A DNA stretch of 63,280 nt, the filler included, from Cercozoa sp. M6MM (taxonomy: Eukaryota; Protista; Endomyxa: Ascetosporea), in assembly GCA_040357565.1 (NCBI GenBank). It is 9 parts of 9 records of this genome, joined end to end, with 100 filler letters (N's around TTAATTAATTAA, not from the genome) between each part and the next. Parts side by side here need not be neighbours in the genome. Positions count along the whole stretch, not along the records: positions 49,159 to 59,621 come from JBDODJ010000442.1; positions 59,722 to 63,280 come from JBDODJ010001402.1; 7 more parts are not named here. One strand, written 5' to 3'. Positions 49,059 to 60,769 of the stretch are shown one piece after another (within the stretch, counting starts at the first letter, position 1; each line of letters starts with the position of its first letter). The notes under the pieces were generated by a model. That model did not search any database. It was not told the DNA's origin and saw only the letters and a program-made list of their open reading frames with translations. The position numbers were made by a program, and so were the translations under genes.

Positions 49059-49158
49059 NNNNNNNNNNNNNNNNNNNNNNNNNNNNNNNNNNNNNNNNNN
49101 NNTTAATTAATTAANNNNNNNNNNNNNNNNNNNNNNNNNNNNNNNNNNNNNNNNNNNN

Positions 49159-50447
49159 TGAACACGGCATCCCTGGGGGGTAAAGAGGGGGGTAGGGGGG
49201 GGGGGGTAAAGGGGGGTAAAGAGGAGGGGCAAAACAATACCTCGACTGCTGACTGGACTGCAACACGAAACGACGCATCAACTGCGATATGCCTTCCCCT
49301 GGCCTACAGGGGGGAGGGGGTAAAAGGGGTAAACGGGGGGGAGGGGTAAACGCCTACATGGCATCGAAGCCGCAGTCACGTGCCACGCCGGCACACAACG
49401 TCGCCAAGCACTTCACATGGGGGGGGGTAAAGGGGGCTAAAGGGGGGTACGGGGGCTACCGATTTGACAGTGTCAAAGTCGCGTGTCTGCAGTGCTTTCG
49501 TTATCTCGGTGCACTGCAGAAGGAGGTAGAGAGGTAGGGGGTAAAAAGGGGGGGTAAAGGGTAAGGGGGTGAGGGGGGGGGGTAAAACTACCAAACGCCT
49601 CACGAAGCCGTCCGACTCGTCGACGCGGCACAAGTCGCGCTGCGTCGTCGCCGCCTCGTCACCATCGGCGCCCTGCATCCACGCGGACAGCCACACGCCC
49701 GCGCGGATGCGACCTGTGCCACAAAAATACCACTTGCAGGGGGTGAGATGGGGGGTAAGATGGGGGTAAGATGGGGGTATAATAGGGGGGAAAGAAGGGG
49801 TGAGATTTGGGGGTAAGAAGGGGTGAGATTGGGGGTGAGAAGGGGTGAGATTGGGGGGTAAGATGGAGGTAAGAAGGGGGTAAGATGGGGGGTAAGAAGG
49901 AGGTAAGATGGGGAGTAAGAAGGGGGTAAAACAGGGGGTAAAATGGGGGGGGGGGTAAGATCGGGGCAAAGTACGCTGATCCTCGCGCAGCGGCGGCGGC
50001 GCGTAGTCCTCGTCGCCGCTGCTATCGTCGTCGGCACCGGCGTCCAACTGTACCCACAGGGAGTGTAGCCACCCATACAAACGTACTGTAGCCACCCCAC
50101 ATTGTAGCCATCTCACATTGTAGCCACTCATTGTAGCCACTTACCTCTTCGGCAAAGTCGCCAAAACCATTGTCGCCGCCTGGCGGACGATTGGCAATCT
50201 ACACCGGGCAAGGGTAAAAAGTGGGTGGAGGGGGTAAAAGAGGCACCTGCAACAGCTGCGGCAGCACGAGCTGCAGCGCCGTTTCGGCATCGGCGCCGGT
50301 TTGTTCCATCACGGCATTGATCTGCAGCCACACACAAAGAAGCAGCTCGACTCAACTGCACCTTCCCCAACTGCATACCAGCGCAACGATGGCGTCGCGG
50401 TCTTCATCGCCAAGTCCCTGCAGAAATGGCAGCTGATTGCCGTCCAT
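49159..50447 (-). CDS. Hypothetical protein, 5' part; introns filled with C-rich satellite
   Basis: MDGNQLPFLQGLGDEDRDAIVAL|INAVMEQTGADAETALQLVLPQLLQ|...; phase-compatible GT-AG exons. Confidence 0.65.
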
Positions 50448-50533
50448 CGCTCGCTGCTACGGTGTCTCTGCAGAAACAAAAACTAACTTAGCCTACACCA
50501 TTTATTGGATTGCTTTTCCACGACATGCAAAAC

Positions 50534-50611
50534 CATGCCCAATCGCACCTCTTGAGTACTGAAAATGCGTTCAGGTATCTAACAAAGCTCCTTGCGCGCT
50601 GATTGGGCATG
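50534..50611. promoter_or_regulatory. Inverted pair of CCAAT-box elements in a probable bidirectional promoter
   Basis: CATGCCCAATC (50534-50544) and GATTGGGCATG (50601-50611) lie between divergent starts at 50447 and 50720. Confidence 0.4.
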
Positions 50612-50719
50612 TCAGTCCGCTGCCGAGCATTTTACCGCACCCTTAAATAAATTCTACAAAAGGCTGCATGCGGGTCTCAGGTCGGCGGAATTTTCGTTTT
50701 TCTGTCCATCACCCACTCA

Positions 50720-51173
50720 ATGAAAGCCAAAGCTGAAGTTCTTCGGCAAAGTCGCAACGCGCACGACTTGCGTGCGTTTTCTCGTAGGGAACACGCATCT
50801 AAATCAGTGATACTACGACAGACGGTACAGGTACAACCAGTACCGCTTCATCGGCGTCGCGACTTCGCAAAGCGGCAGTTCGCTTGCTTAAGTACGGTAC
50901 TCGACCAGCACCGCTACATCATGAAACACAAAGCAGAGTGACACAAATGCAAACTAACGGAAAGATACAGGCGAAAAAGCCAAATCCGAAAAACGAAAAG
51001 TTAAATGACGCAGACGGCAAGGGCGGCATGGGTGGCCAGCAGCTGGCCGAGTTTACGTTGGAGCACGAGCTTCTGCTCGGCGCGATGTACCGCCGCCGTC
51101 GCTGAAGGCGCTGAAGGTAGAATTCAATGATTTTTACTCAAATGCTGGCTGGGTTTCGGGCCGGTACCCGTAA
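50720..51173 (+). CDS. Small hypothetical basic protein, 1-2 introns
   Basis: MKAKAEVLRQ..HRYIMKHKA|ERQGRHGW..NDFYSNAGWVSGRYP* with a phase-2 GT-AG intron. Confidence 0.3.
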
Positions 51174-51191
51174 TTACGATACGAGTCTTGT

Positions 51192-52587
51192 CTACTCCTC
51201 TTCCTCTTCCTCCTCTTCCTCTTCCTCCTCTTCCTCCTCGTTGAGGCTCACGCCGGTGCTCACACCCTCGCCTTGCTCAAGGACAACTCCCTTGAGCAAC
51301 TCGGCGCCTTCGTAATCTACCGCGTTCTCCTCGCTCTCATCCTCGTCCTCTTCGTCTTCATCCTCCTCGTCCTCGTCCGCTTGAGTGTCCAGGTCGTCGT
51401 CCTCGTTGACTCCCAGATCACGTGCGAGTTGTTCCTCTTCTTCTTGACCGCCGGTCTCGCGGTCGGAGGCCGTCTTTGACTCGGACTCGGGCTACAACAC
51501 AGCATTTTCCTCTCACAGCCTGTTTCCAGCCGAAGCAGCGATGTTTACCAGTTTCTGCTGGGCCTCTTCCGCTTCCTGTTCTTCCTGTTCTTGTTCTTCT
51601 TCAACACCGGCGCGAACGACCTCGGCAAACGTCGGTGTCGTCAGCGCATGCAGCGTCGACTTCAGCGCAGAGATTGTGCGCTGTAGAAACTCTGGCTAGA
51701 GAGGCAAAGAACACACAGGTGAGCAACAACGAATATGCGCACCATGTCTTGCGTCTGCAGGAACGCCATCAGAGGATGCAGCACACGCGGGTCACGGCTC
51801 TTCATCAGGCGAAGCAGGGACACTGTTTTAAACATCAACAACAATCGTCAGTCGAGTCAAATTCATGCTGACAGAAGGCGTACCGAACTCATCTGGATTG
51901 ATGATGCCTTCGTCCTTCAACGTCTGCGCGAGCATGGCGGCGGACTCGAGCAACACTTGCTCCGCCAGTTCCTACAGAGAAAACAGTTTGCCAACCTGAT
52001 TTCTCCTTGCGCACACGGTACCTTGTCGGAGTGCGCGAGTTTCAACAGTGACTTTCGCAAGTCTTCATCACTCTGGTGCTATTAAAACACAGAAAGCATC
52101 CATACACGGACAAATATATGCACAAATTTGGAACGTGAGGTACATCCTTGAACTGCTGCACGAGTTTGATGGCTTCTGGGTGCACGTCACGCAAGTACTT
52201 CTGCTCGCACAACAACTTGCTTTTATGAAAGAGCGCGCACAGCTGAAACCATACCTTAACGACTTGCGCGTCGAGGAAAGTCATCTGTCCAGCCTGTTGC
52301 CAGGTCTCGACCTGCACCCGACACGATAGCCAAAGTCAGAACCCGTGAGACAAAATCAACTTACAATCGGGATGAGCTGCTGCATGACAGCGCGGTAAAC
52401 TTCGCGCAGCATTTCCCTGTTCATAGCGGCACCACATTACCGACGCTCTACTGTCCAACCACAGGTGATAAGATACATAGGAATGTGAGCTTCTTCGTCC
52501 TCTTCCTCTTCTGCCACAGGCGCCTTTGTTTCTGAGTGTACAACACACACATACACAGCTTACCATAGCACAAAGGCACAAACAAAT

Positions 52588-52625
<38 letters not shown>

Positions 52626-55268
52626 GTTGAGGCTCTCCCTCTTCTTCGGCTTGCGCGCCTGTCGACATGAACCAACGAAAATAAGTGCAAAAAATGTCCT
52701 CAAGTGCATTATATTTAAATATAAATACGCAGGGTGCTCAGAGCCTTGCGAAGCGAGCGAACGAAGGAGGCATTGTCAGGGTCGCGTTGGTACGCCTCAA
52801 ACGCGCCACTGCATGGCCACAGACAACACACGTACAGTTACTCAGAGGAGTACAAGGACAAACGAAGTGTACCGCAGCAATACGGGCTGCTGCGTAAATG
52901 TCATGGCGAGCAACGACACTTCCCAGGGCGACAGTTGCTGGTTGCGCTGGTACAGCAACAGCTGAGACAGGGCACACACACACATGCAAAAGCACCAGTA
53001 TCATGATGCAAACGTCAACAGCAACACAACGCACTGTGCGAACGAAGCGGCCCAGTTCAGAATCCTCATTCGCACTACACAAGTTTAATAGACTAAATTC
53101 TGAACAATCCACACTGTGCAGAGTACAACGAAGATTACAGCGCCTTCAACGAAGCAGCATCGAACGACTGCTTCCGCAGTTTGCCTTGCGGTTTCTCGGC
53201 TTTCTGCTCCTCAGGTTCTTGCTGCTTTGTCACGGCAGTTTCCGTCATGCCAAGTCGCATCATGTCCATCAGCTAAACACCAACCTATTACATTACATAC
53301 GGATTTAAGATTAAATGAATAACTGTACCAAGCCGCGCAAGTCCTGTGTCTGCAAGTACTTGTAGAACACACGCTTAACGGTAGAGTCGCCGTCTGCACT
53401 CACCATTTGTTCCATATTCTTCACACAGCCTGACAGACACTTGAAGTACTCTTGATGAGTTGGCGCAAGCGGTCGGCACTCGACTCTGCAAGGGAAGCGC
53501 ATATCAGTACACAAGTGCACCGATAGCAGAGTATGTACCGTCCAGAATGCCAGCATCGAGACTGACGAGCTGGTCCACGAGCGGCACAAGCACTTCCTCC
53601 ATTACTTCTATAGCCGGGGTAAGAAATTTTGGACGATCCCGAAGAGACAACATACCACTGTCAATTTCCAAAGCGGTTTCTTCACGTTGCTGTTGCTGCC
53701 GCTGCTGTTGCATCTGTTGATCTTGCAGCAAGCGTTGTTGCTGTTGCTGAAATCGTTGCTGCTGTTGCTGCTCCTGCTGCTGCTGCAAGCGTTGTTGCTG
53801 CTGTTGCTGCTCCTGCTGCTGCAAGCGTTGTTGCTGCTGCAACCGATGCTGCTGCTGTAACCGATGCTGCTGCTGCAGTCGTGCCTGTTGTTCTTGGTGC
53901 TGTTGCTGAAGCTGTTGGTGCTGTTGCTGAAGCTGTTGAAGTCGATGCTGCTGCTGCAGAAGTTGCTGTTGGTGTTGACGCTGTGCCTCATGTTGGATCT
54001 GCGGCTGTCGCGGTGCACTAGGCAGCGGCTCCACCAGCGGAGTGTACTATGCACATATATGAGTACAGGCCGACCGATGAATACAAGCACGATCAATAGC
54101 AAATAGAAGTCACCTGTGGGCCGAGGCGCATGCTCTGCAGGCGGTTGCTCATGTCGATGAATTGCGTGTCGGCCGAAGGAACCACTTGCGACTCCTGCTG
54201 CGGTTGCTGTTGTTGCTGCTGCTGCTGCAACGACACGCTCTGCAACTCGCCGACGTAGAACTGATGAATGGCGCAGGCCGTGTCTGTTGGAAGCAACGCG
54301 TCGAGCCAATTCAAAATACCAAATCGCAAACTACCAATGCATGACGATAGAGTTGAAAGCGACGGGTGGTGCAGCTCACCCACAGATGTGCAGCCTATAC
54401 ATGGAAAAATAACTCGTCTTCATCCATTAGGCTTAAAAACACATACCGATGAAGAACTGAACACTGTCGCGCGGGTCGTTCACCGTTGCGAATGCCGTGT
54501 CTTTGGTCTGCCAAACAAAATCGCTCTTATGCTAAACAGACATAAACCTTCTGACACATCAGGGTGATACATGACCAGGACGGAGTGCGGTGCGCGTAGC
54601 AGCATCTCGGAACACGTGCGTGTACCTAAGATACTACATGATTGTTCGCACAGCATTTGATGGAGTAAACACACTGCGGGTCGGCCGACAGCAGGGCACA
54701 CGTCAGAACTGCGCGGCTCTTGACCGCTTCCAAGTGAGCCTATGGATACATCGTATGTACATCGTATGCAAAGGAAACACGTTTTGAGCATGCACGTACC
54801 TGGAGAGACGGTGCATCTTGCGCAACCAGCACGGGGCGGCCATTCACTGTAAACAAAACGAAAATAGCATTGCCCAACAAGAGTGAGAAGGGTTCAGTTG
54901 TACCGAGTTCGCCAGAAGGAGCAGCGTTTTGTTCGAGAACAATCCGGACAGGTCCGTGCACCACACGGGGGTACAGTAGCACCTCGCGGAGACTGTAGAA
55001 TTCGTCGTTCGCAAGAACAACAATTCCTACTATGCGTTGATGAGGAGTGATGCTGTGGAATGCCTGCACACACTCGAAATACCGGAAATGCGCGCGAAAT
55101 CCATTCTCTCGATTTTACCTGTCGAAGCAGTGCACGAAGCTCGTCCGGCGACGACAGCGCTTCCGGTTGAACGTTGAGTACATGTTTCTCTACAATCAGG
55201 GAGTTTATAAACTCGCCGTATGATTTGCAAAACCTACCATGATTGCAAAACACAACGATTTCTGGCAT
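51192..55268 (-). CDS. Large hypothetical protein: N-terminal PB1/ubiquitin-like region, polyQ tracts, repeated helical modules, acidic tail
   Basis: MPEIVVFCNH|EKHVLNVQ..ELRALLRQ|AFHSITPHQRIVGIV; CAG/CAA tracts at 53686-53975 and 54195-54230; poly-E end at stop 51192; middle exons only partly rebuilt. Confidence 0.7.
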
Positions 55269-55537
55269 CTGGGTCACTCGTTATCGCAACTTAGAGGACC
55301 GCAAAAGCCAAGGATCGAAAACCTCGCGATTTTCTTTCATCGTTTGTATAAATACTGTACAAATGGACCAGACACTTAATATTTTATATATTTGAATCGT
55401 GTGCTCCAGTCGGCTTCCCTGCAGCCTGCTGCCTGCAAGGGGCAAATCTAGTGCTGGTTTCTGGTAGAGATGGCTAAAATCTCACAGCAACAGTGCGTGA
55501 TGTTCATTTTTTGTCTGCGCAGTGGAAGTATCGAGAC

Positions 55538-57291
55538 ATGTCGGTGCATTACTTGTCGGAGGAGACACCCGTGGTGCTCCTGCAGTACGAGGATCTTGTC
55601 AATGGCGCTGATCTGGTATGTTTCCGAATCTGTCCGATGACCCACAGGCGACGGTTTACGACAGTTTGTGATCATTTCGTGGTGCAGCGCAAGGCTATCG
55701 GCGCGGCCTATGGCGAGGACGGCCTGGGCGTCTTGGCGGTGCGCGGTGTTCCTGGCGTGCAGGAGAAGCGCATGGCTGTAGGCTCTTTCCCAGTTCAAAG
55801 GGGGCTTGTGATGATAAATGACTTCCTGTGGTGCAGGCGCTGCCAATGGCGTTCAAGTTCGCGCAGCTGCCGGACGAGGTGTCCCACTTTCCTTCTTGTG
55901 TCGCTAAGCTTTGTAAGTGAAGACACCGTGAGTAGAAGAAGAAGGAGTTCGAAGTGCCGCCGTTCTTCCAGCGTGGCTGGGACCATGGTATCCATATGGC
56001 TGCAATGTGAGTACCCCCCCCCCCCCCTGAGAGCACCCTATTGCCTAGGCCACGAGTCGATGAAGGACGGCACTCCGGACACATCCAAAGGCAGCTTCTA
56101 CTTCAACCCGCTCGTCGATGAGCACACCGGTGTCGATGAGGTGAGTCTCTGTCCCCTTCTGAGGGCAATGCTGATCCCTCTATATCCCGTCTTGCTAGGC
56201 CGTGAAGGAGAAGTACCCGACCTTCTTCGGCAAGAACGTCTTCCCTTCGGACGGTAAGCTCGCTTCTTACGCATTTTTGTATTGATAACATACCCCATAC
56301 AGTGCTGCCGGAGTTCGAGGGCTCATGCAAGGCGCTGGCGCGTCTCATCATCGACGTCGGCAAGCTTGTGGCCAAGCAGGTCGACGCCTACGTCGTAAGT
56401 CCCCTTAACTGCACTACCCTTCCCCTTACCTAAACATGCCCCCTTAAACAGGCCAGCGAGTGCGACGACTACCCTGCCTCGCGTCTGGGCGATGTGGTAC
56501 CGTCTTACCCCCTCCCCTCCCCCATAGCATAGATACGTTTGTGTGTCAGGTGGAGCAATCGACGTCGCATGTGACGCGTCTGCTGCACTACTTTGCCAAG
56601 TCGGAGGCTTCGGACGACAGCGGCGAAAGCGCCGACAACTGGTGCGGCTGGCACAATGGTACTTAGGTCTCGCCCCTTCCCCACCCCACCTCTTTACCCC
56701 CCCCCCCTCCAGATCACGGGTCGCTCACGGGTCTGGCACCGGCCATCTACCACGCTCCTAACGGCGACGTTATCCCGTGTCCCGACGCTACTGCTGGTCT
56801 CTACATCAAGAACCGCAAGGTACAACTCCTACATGTCCTGTCCCACTCTTTTACCCCCCCCCCCGGTAGGGCGACATCGTGCGTGCTCGCTGTCCGGGCG
56901 ACGTGCTTCTGTTCCAGATCGGCGAGACGGCGCAAGTGCACTCGGGCGGCGTTGTCAAGGCCACGCCGCACATGGTGCGTGCCGCCAACGTCGCCGGCGT
57001 TAGTCGCAGCACCATGGCGGTCTTCATGGAGCCGGACGCGCCCTATGACATGAAGAAGCCCGCCTCGCGCACGCTCGAGCAGACCGCGCAGGTCGAGCAT
57101 CTGCCGGAAGGCGTCCCTCGACTGCAGTCGCGTTGGTAGCTCCCCATTCAGCTCTTTACCCCCTCCCAGCTCTTTACCCCCCCCCCCCCCCTAGCTCTTT
57201 ACCCCTTTCTTTCTGGTTTGGCAGGAACGGCGATGACGACAACTTTGGCGACTTTGGCGCACGCACCATCCAGGCCTACTACCAGTCTTAA
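55538..57291 (+). CDS. 2-oxoglutarate/Fe(II)-dependent oxygenase (IPNS-like), 11 introns
   Basis: AYGEDGLGVLAVRGVP, GWDH|GHE, KGSFYFNP, RLLHYF, WCGWHN|DHGSLTGL (HxD), FQIGETAQVHSGG..ATPHMV, SRSTMAVFMEP. Confidence 0.93.
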
Positions 57292-57682
57292 ATGTGAAAA
57301 CCTAGCGTAATAAACCATGTCATCGTGCCGAAGTGCATCCTAGGACGTCGTGCAGAGCAGACTGGTTGTGATCGGTTTTAAGGCTGCGTTCTCCTCAGTG
57401 CTCATGGAGGGTCTCGGAGCCAGCCGAACATACGCGAGTCTGTGGATTGCTGTGCTTAGGTCCTAGGACTCATTGGAACCCTTGGTCACGCGAGGTGCTG
57501 ACTTTCGATTTTCTGTTGTGGATGCACGGCGATATGTGCCTGATCTACCGTGGATTCTGGCCTGGTGTTGAGTGTTTTGGCTGTGTCTGATATATGTGTC
57601 GGCTGTTTGACAGGCGTTTTATCACTCAGTCCCCGCGAAAGTACGAGAAATAGAGACGGGGCGAGAAACGCACAGCGGATAG

Positions 57683-59591
57683 ATGTCGGTTGAGGACTTG
57701 CTCGCGCAGCCAGGTACGCGCATTTTGATGGGTACGCATGGTTCGGAATTGTTTTGGTATAGGCAATGAGTGCTGCGCGGACTGCGAGTCGCCTTCGCCG
57801 GACTGGGCCTCAATCAATCTCGGCGTGCTGGTCTGCATCGTGTGTGCAGGTGCCTTGGCTAGGGGGGGGGGGGGTCAATGGGTGAGTACAACTTTGTGTG
57901 TGCAGGCGTGCACCGGAGTCTGGGCGTTGAGTACAGCAAAGTGCGAAGTATCGACATGGACACGAACTGCTGGGACGCCGACCTGCTGCAGTTCATGCGA
58001 GAGGTACCCTGCCTGGGGGGGGGGTAGAACTGGTCCGGGAGAGGGGATAAGGCTGACTCTTCCTTGTTGTACAGAGAGGAAACCAGCAGCAGAACGCGTT
58101 CTACGAGGCGCGGTGTCCAGCCTATTATCTGCGGCCACGCGACTGTCCCGACAATCAGTCGGTGCACACATCAGAGGGGTAGGGGGGTAGGGGGGTAAAC
58201 ACGCAGTAATTGTGCAGTTGCGAGCGGCGTGGATCCGCGCGAAATACGTCGAGAAACGTTTCGTTCCGCGGTCCGTTTGGACAAGCTCCCGAAACACCCA
58301 CTTAATTCTGCATTGAACGCAGCCTTAATTACCTATATGTGCAGAGAGCCGCCCAGCGAGTGCTCACTGCTGGCAGCGGCCAGTAGCGACGCCTCCTTAA
58401 ACGAACTCGACGTGCCGTCCATGTACGCGTACGTGACGCGTCCATTTGTGCACACAAGCAGTGCTGTTAAGGGAGTGTGTGTAGCCACGAGGAGAACGCC
58501 GGCGACAGTAGCGGCAGTGCTAGTGTGCCGACGCGTGCGCCGCCACCCCGGAGGGTACCGCAGCCTTAACAATTTCAGTGTGTGTGCAGTCGGTCCGTAC
58601 CCTTTAGTGTGCGTACCCTTTAGTGTGTGTACCCTTAAGTATGTGTGCCTAGGCGCCGCCTTCGCATGGTCGCACAGCGAGTGGCGGCGCACTGCACCGC
58701 AGTGGCACGCTGGGCAGCAGCGCCAGTGCCTCCGGCTCCGGCTCTGTACCCCGACTCGACGTGGCTCTGGCCGCCATGCCGCAGGCACTTCTTACAGGTA
58801 CCTAAGGACAGGGCAAACAGCTGGCGATTTGGGGGGGGGGGGGAAAAACACGGGGGCGCCACGGGGGCCCGGGCGGGTCAAAGGGGGACGTATATCTCTC
58901 TGGCACAGGCGAGATGTTCAAGAGCAATAGCAAGGAACAGTGGCAGCGACGTGTGTTTGTACTGCACGGCGACCGTTTGTCCTACTTTAAGGGCGTGCTA
59001 GGTACAGAATAGAACCTTCACTTTTGCCTCCTTAAAACACGTGCAGATTCCTACGCGGCCAATACACTTGAGATACGAGGCGCACGTGTGCGCATTTTCA
59101 AGGTATGTCCATGAGGGGGGGGGGTAAACAGGGGTCATAACTCTGTCTGTATGTGACAGGACAAAAAGTGGAGCAACGGCAGCACGTCGCTCAACAACTG
59201 TTTCGCCGTGCAGACGGGTAGTTTTGCCCCCTCCCCCACTTACCCCCTGATTACCCCCTGCTTACCCCTTGACTACCCCCTTAACTAAATATCGCGTAGC
59301 TGATCGCGAACTGCGACTGTCTGCCGATTCGTTTGAGTACCCGCATCTGTCTACTTACCCCCCCCCATCTTATCCACCCTACCCCCATCGTCGCAGGGAC
59401 ATGCAAAGGTGGGCGCATGCCGTTCGTCGTGCGGTACCCCTCCTCCTCCTCTGTCTTGACTCTTTACCCCCTCCCGTAGGCGCACTTTCATTCGGTGGTG
59501 TCACCTCCGTCGGCGGTGGGTGCCGGCGTGCGACTGGTGTCGTCACGTGTCACTGTGCAGCGCTCCGAACTGGCCGGTGCCACGCGCACTG
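57683..59591 (+). CDS. ArfGAP with PH domain(s) (ADAP/centaurin-alpha-like), 3' truncated
   Basis: [21 protein letters not shown]|GVHRSLG..SKVRS; WIRAKY; PH domain: [32 protein letters not shown]. Confidence 0.92.
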
Positions 59592-59721
59592 GTGGCTTTA
59601 CCCCCCTTCTGTTGTACCCCTNNNNNNNNNNNNNNNNNNNNNNNNNNNNNNNNNNNNNNNNNNNNTTAATTAATTAANNNNNNNNNNNNNNNNNNNNNNN
59701 NNNNNNNNNNNNNNNNNNNNN

Positions 59722-59769
<48 letters not shown>

Positions 59770-59770
<1 letters not shown>

Positions 59771-60189
59771 ACTAAGAATGTTCGAGAGGGAGAACAAAAC
59801 CCAGGCCACCTTTCATCCACTGCGACTGTGTGAGCGCTGCGCTGTTGTTAACGTTGATCCCGATACTGGCAGGTGGGTCTACTTTATTTTATTGTGCCAC
59901 GAATTTATGCTATGTTAGATGAATGTTCTTTATTTTTATTGCAGCCGGCGCAGCAAAATATTGGCAGCCCTTCACGCGCAGCAAAATCAAAACCGTGTCG
60001 TTTGTGGTGTCTTAATGTCGGTACACGTTTGAGTTTGCTTACATTTTTCATCTCAAGTGTGCAATGCATGTTAATATAACTTAGGTTGAAGCGCCAGCTG
60101 CAACTGTAATTCGCAGAGGCGACCGTCTTTACTTGTTTGCCTGCGAGTCGAATGGTAAAAGATGCCCTGTTCGCGTCGCATTCAGATGA
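59770..60189 (+). CDS. MOSC-domain protein (Moco sulfurase C-terminal/mARC family), 3' fragment
   Basis: LRLCERCAVVNVDPDTG; VVCGVLM; VIRRGD..*. Confidence 0.8.
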
Positions 60190-60769
60190 TATGGTTAGCA
60201 TTTTAGGCAACAAATAAAACTCCCAGTTGAAAGGCGTTTCGGTTTTTTTTGCGTGAAAAGCGGGAGGGGGCGGTCATCTCATGATGCTCTGTTTCAGTTT
60301 TGTCTACAATTGATTTTCCGATACATCATTTATCCAGTAAGGTTCACTGGTGCTGTATCAGAGCTTAACGTGATACCTAGTTGCCGTGCCGTCGGTTTCT
60401 TAGTACACTAACTCACTAACTATTACGAGTAGAATTCCACCAAGATCTCATGGGACGAAGAAGCAACTGTCCGGTCGAAGGACAGCCAGCCTCCAGGCAT
60501 TATTCGTAATAGTACGTAATGACAACAAAGTTACTAGTGGTTGTTTTTGGCCAACCCCCTACGGATCCTACCCCCGGCAGCAAATCCTTGTCCGCCAGCA
60601 CCACCACTCACAGCAGTGGACGCCCTCATTCTATGTCCGTTTGTTTGTTTTGTTTCGTATATCGAGTGGAGGGACCGGACGACGCGTGATCGAGACTGGT
60701 GCAGAGTCGGTATCTTATAGAATCAACTCTCTAACGTCATAACTGACCATGAGCCGCAATAACAAATGC

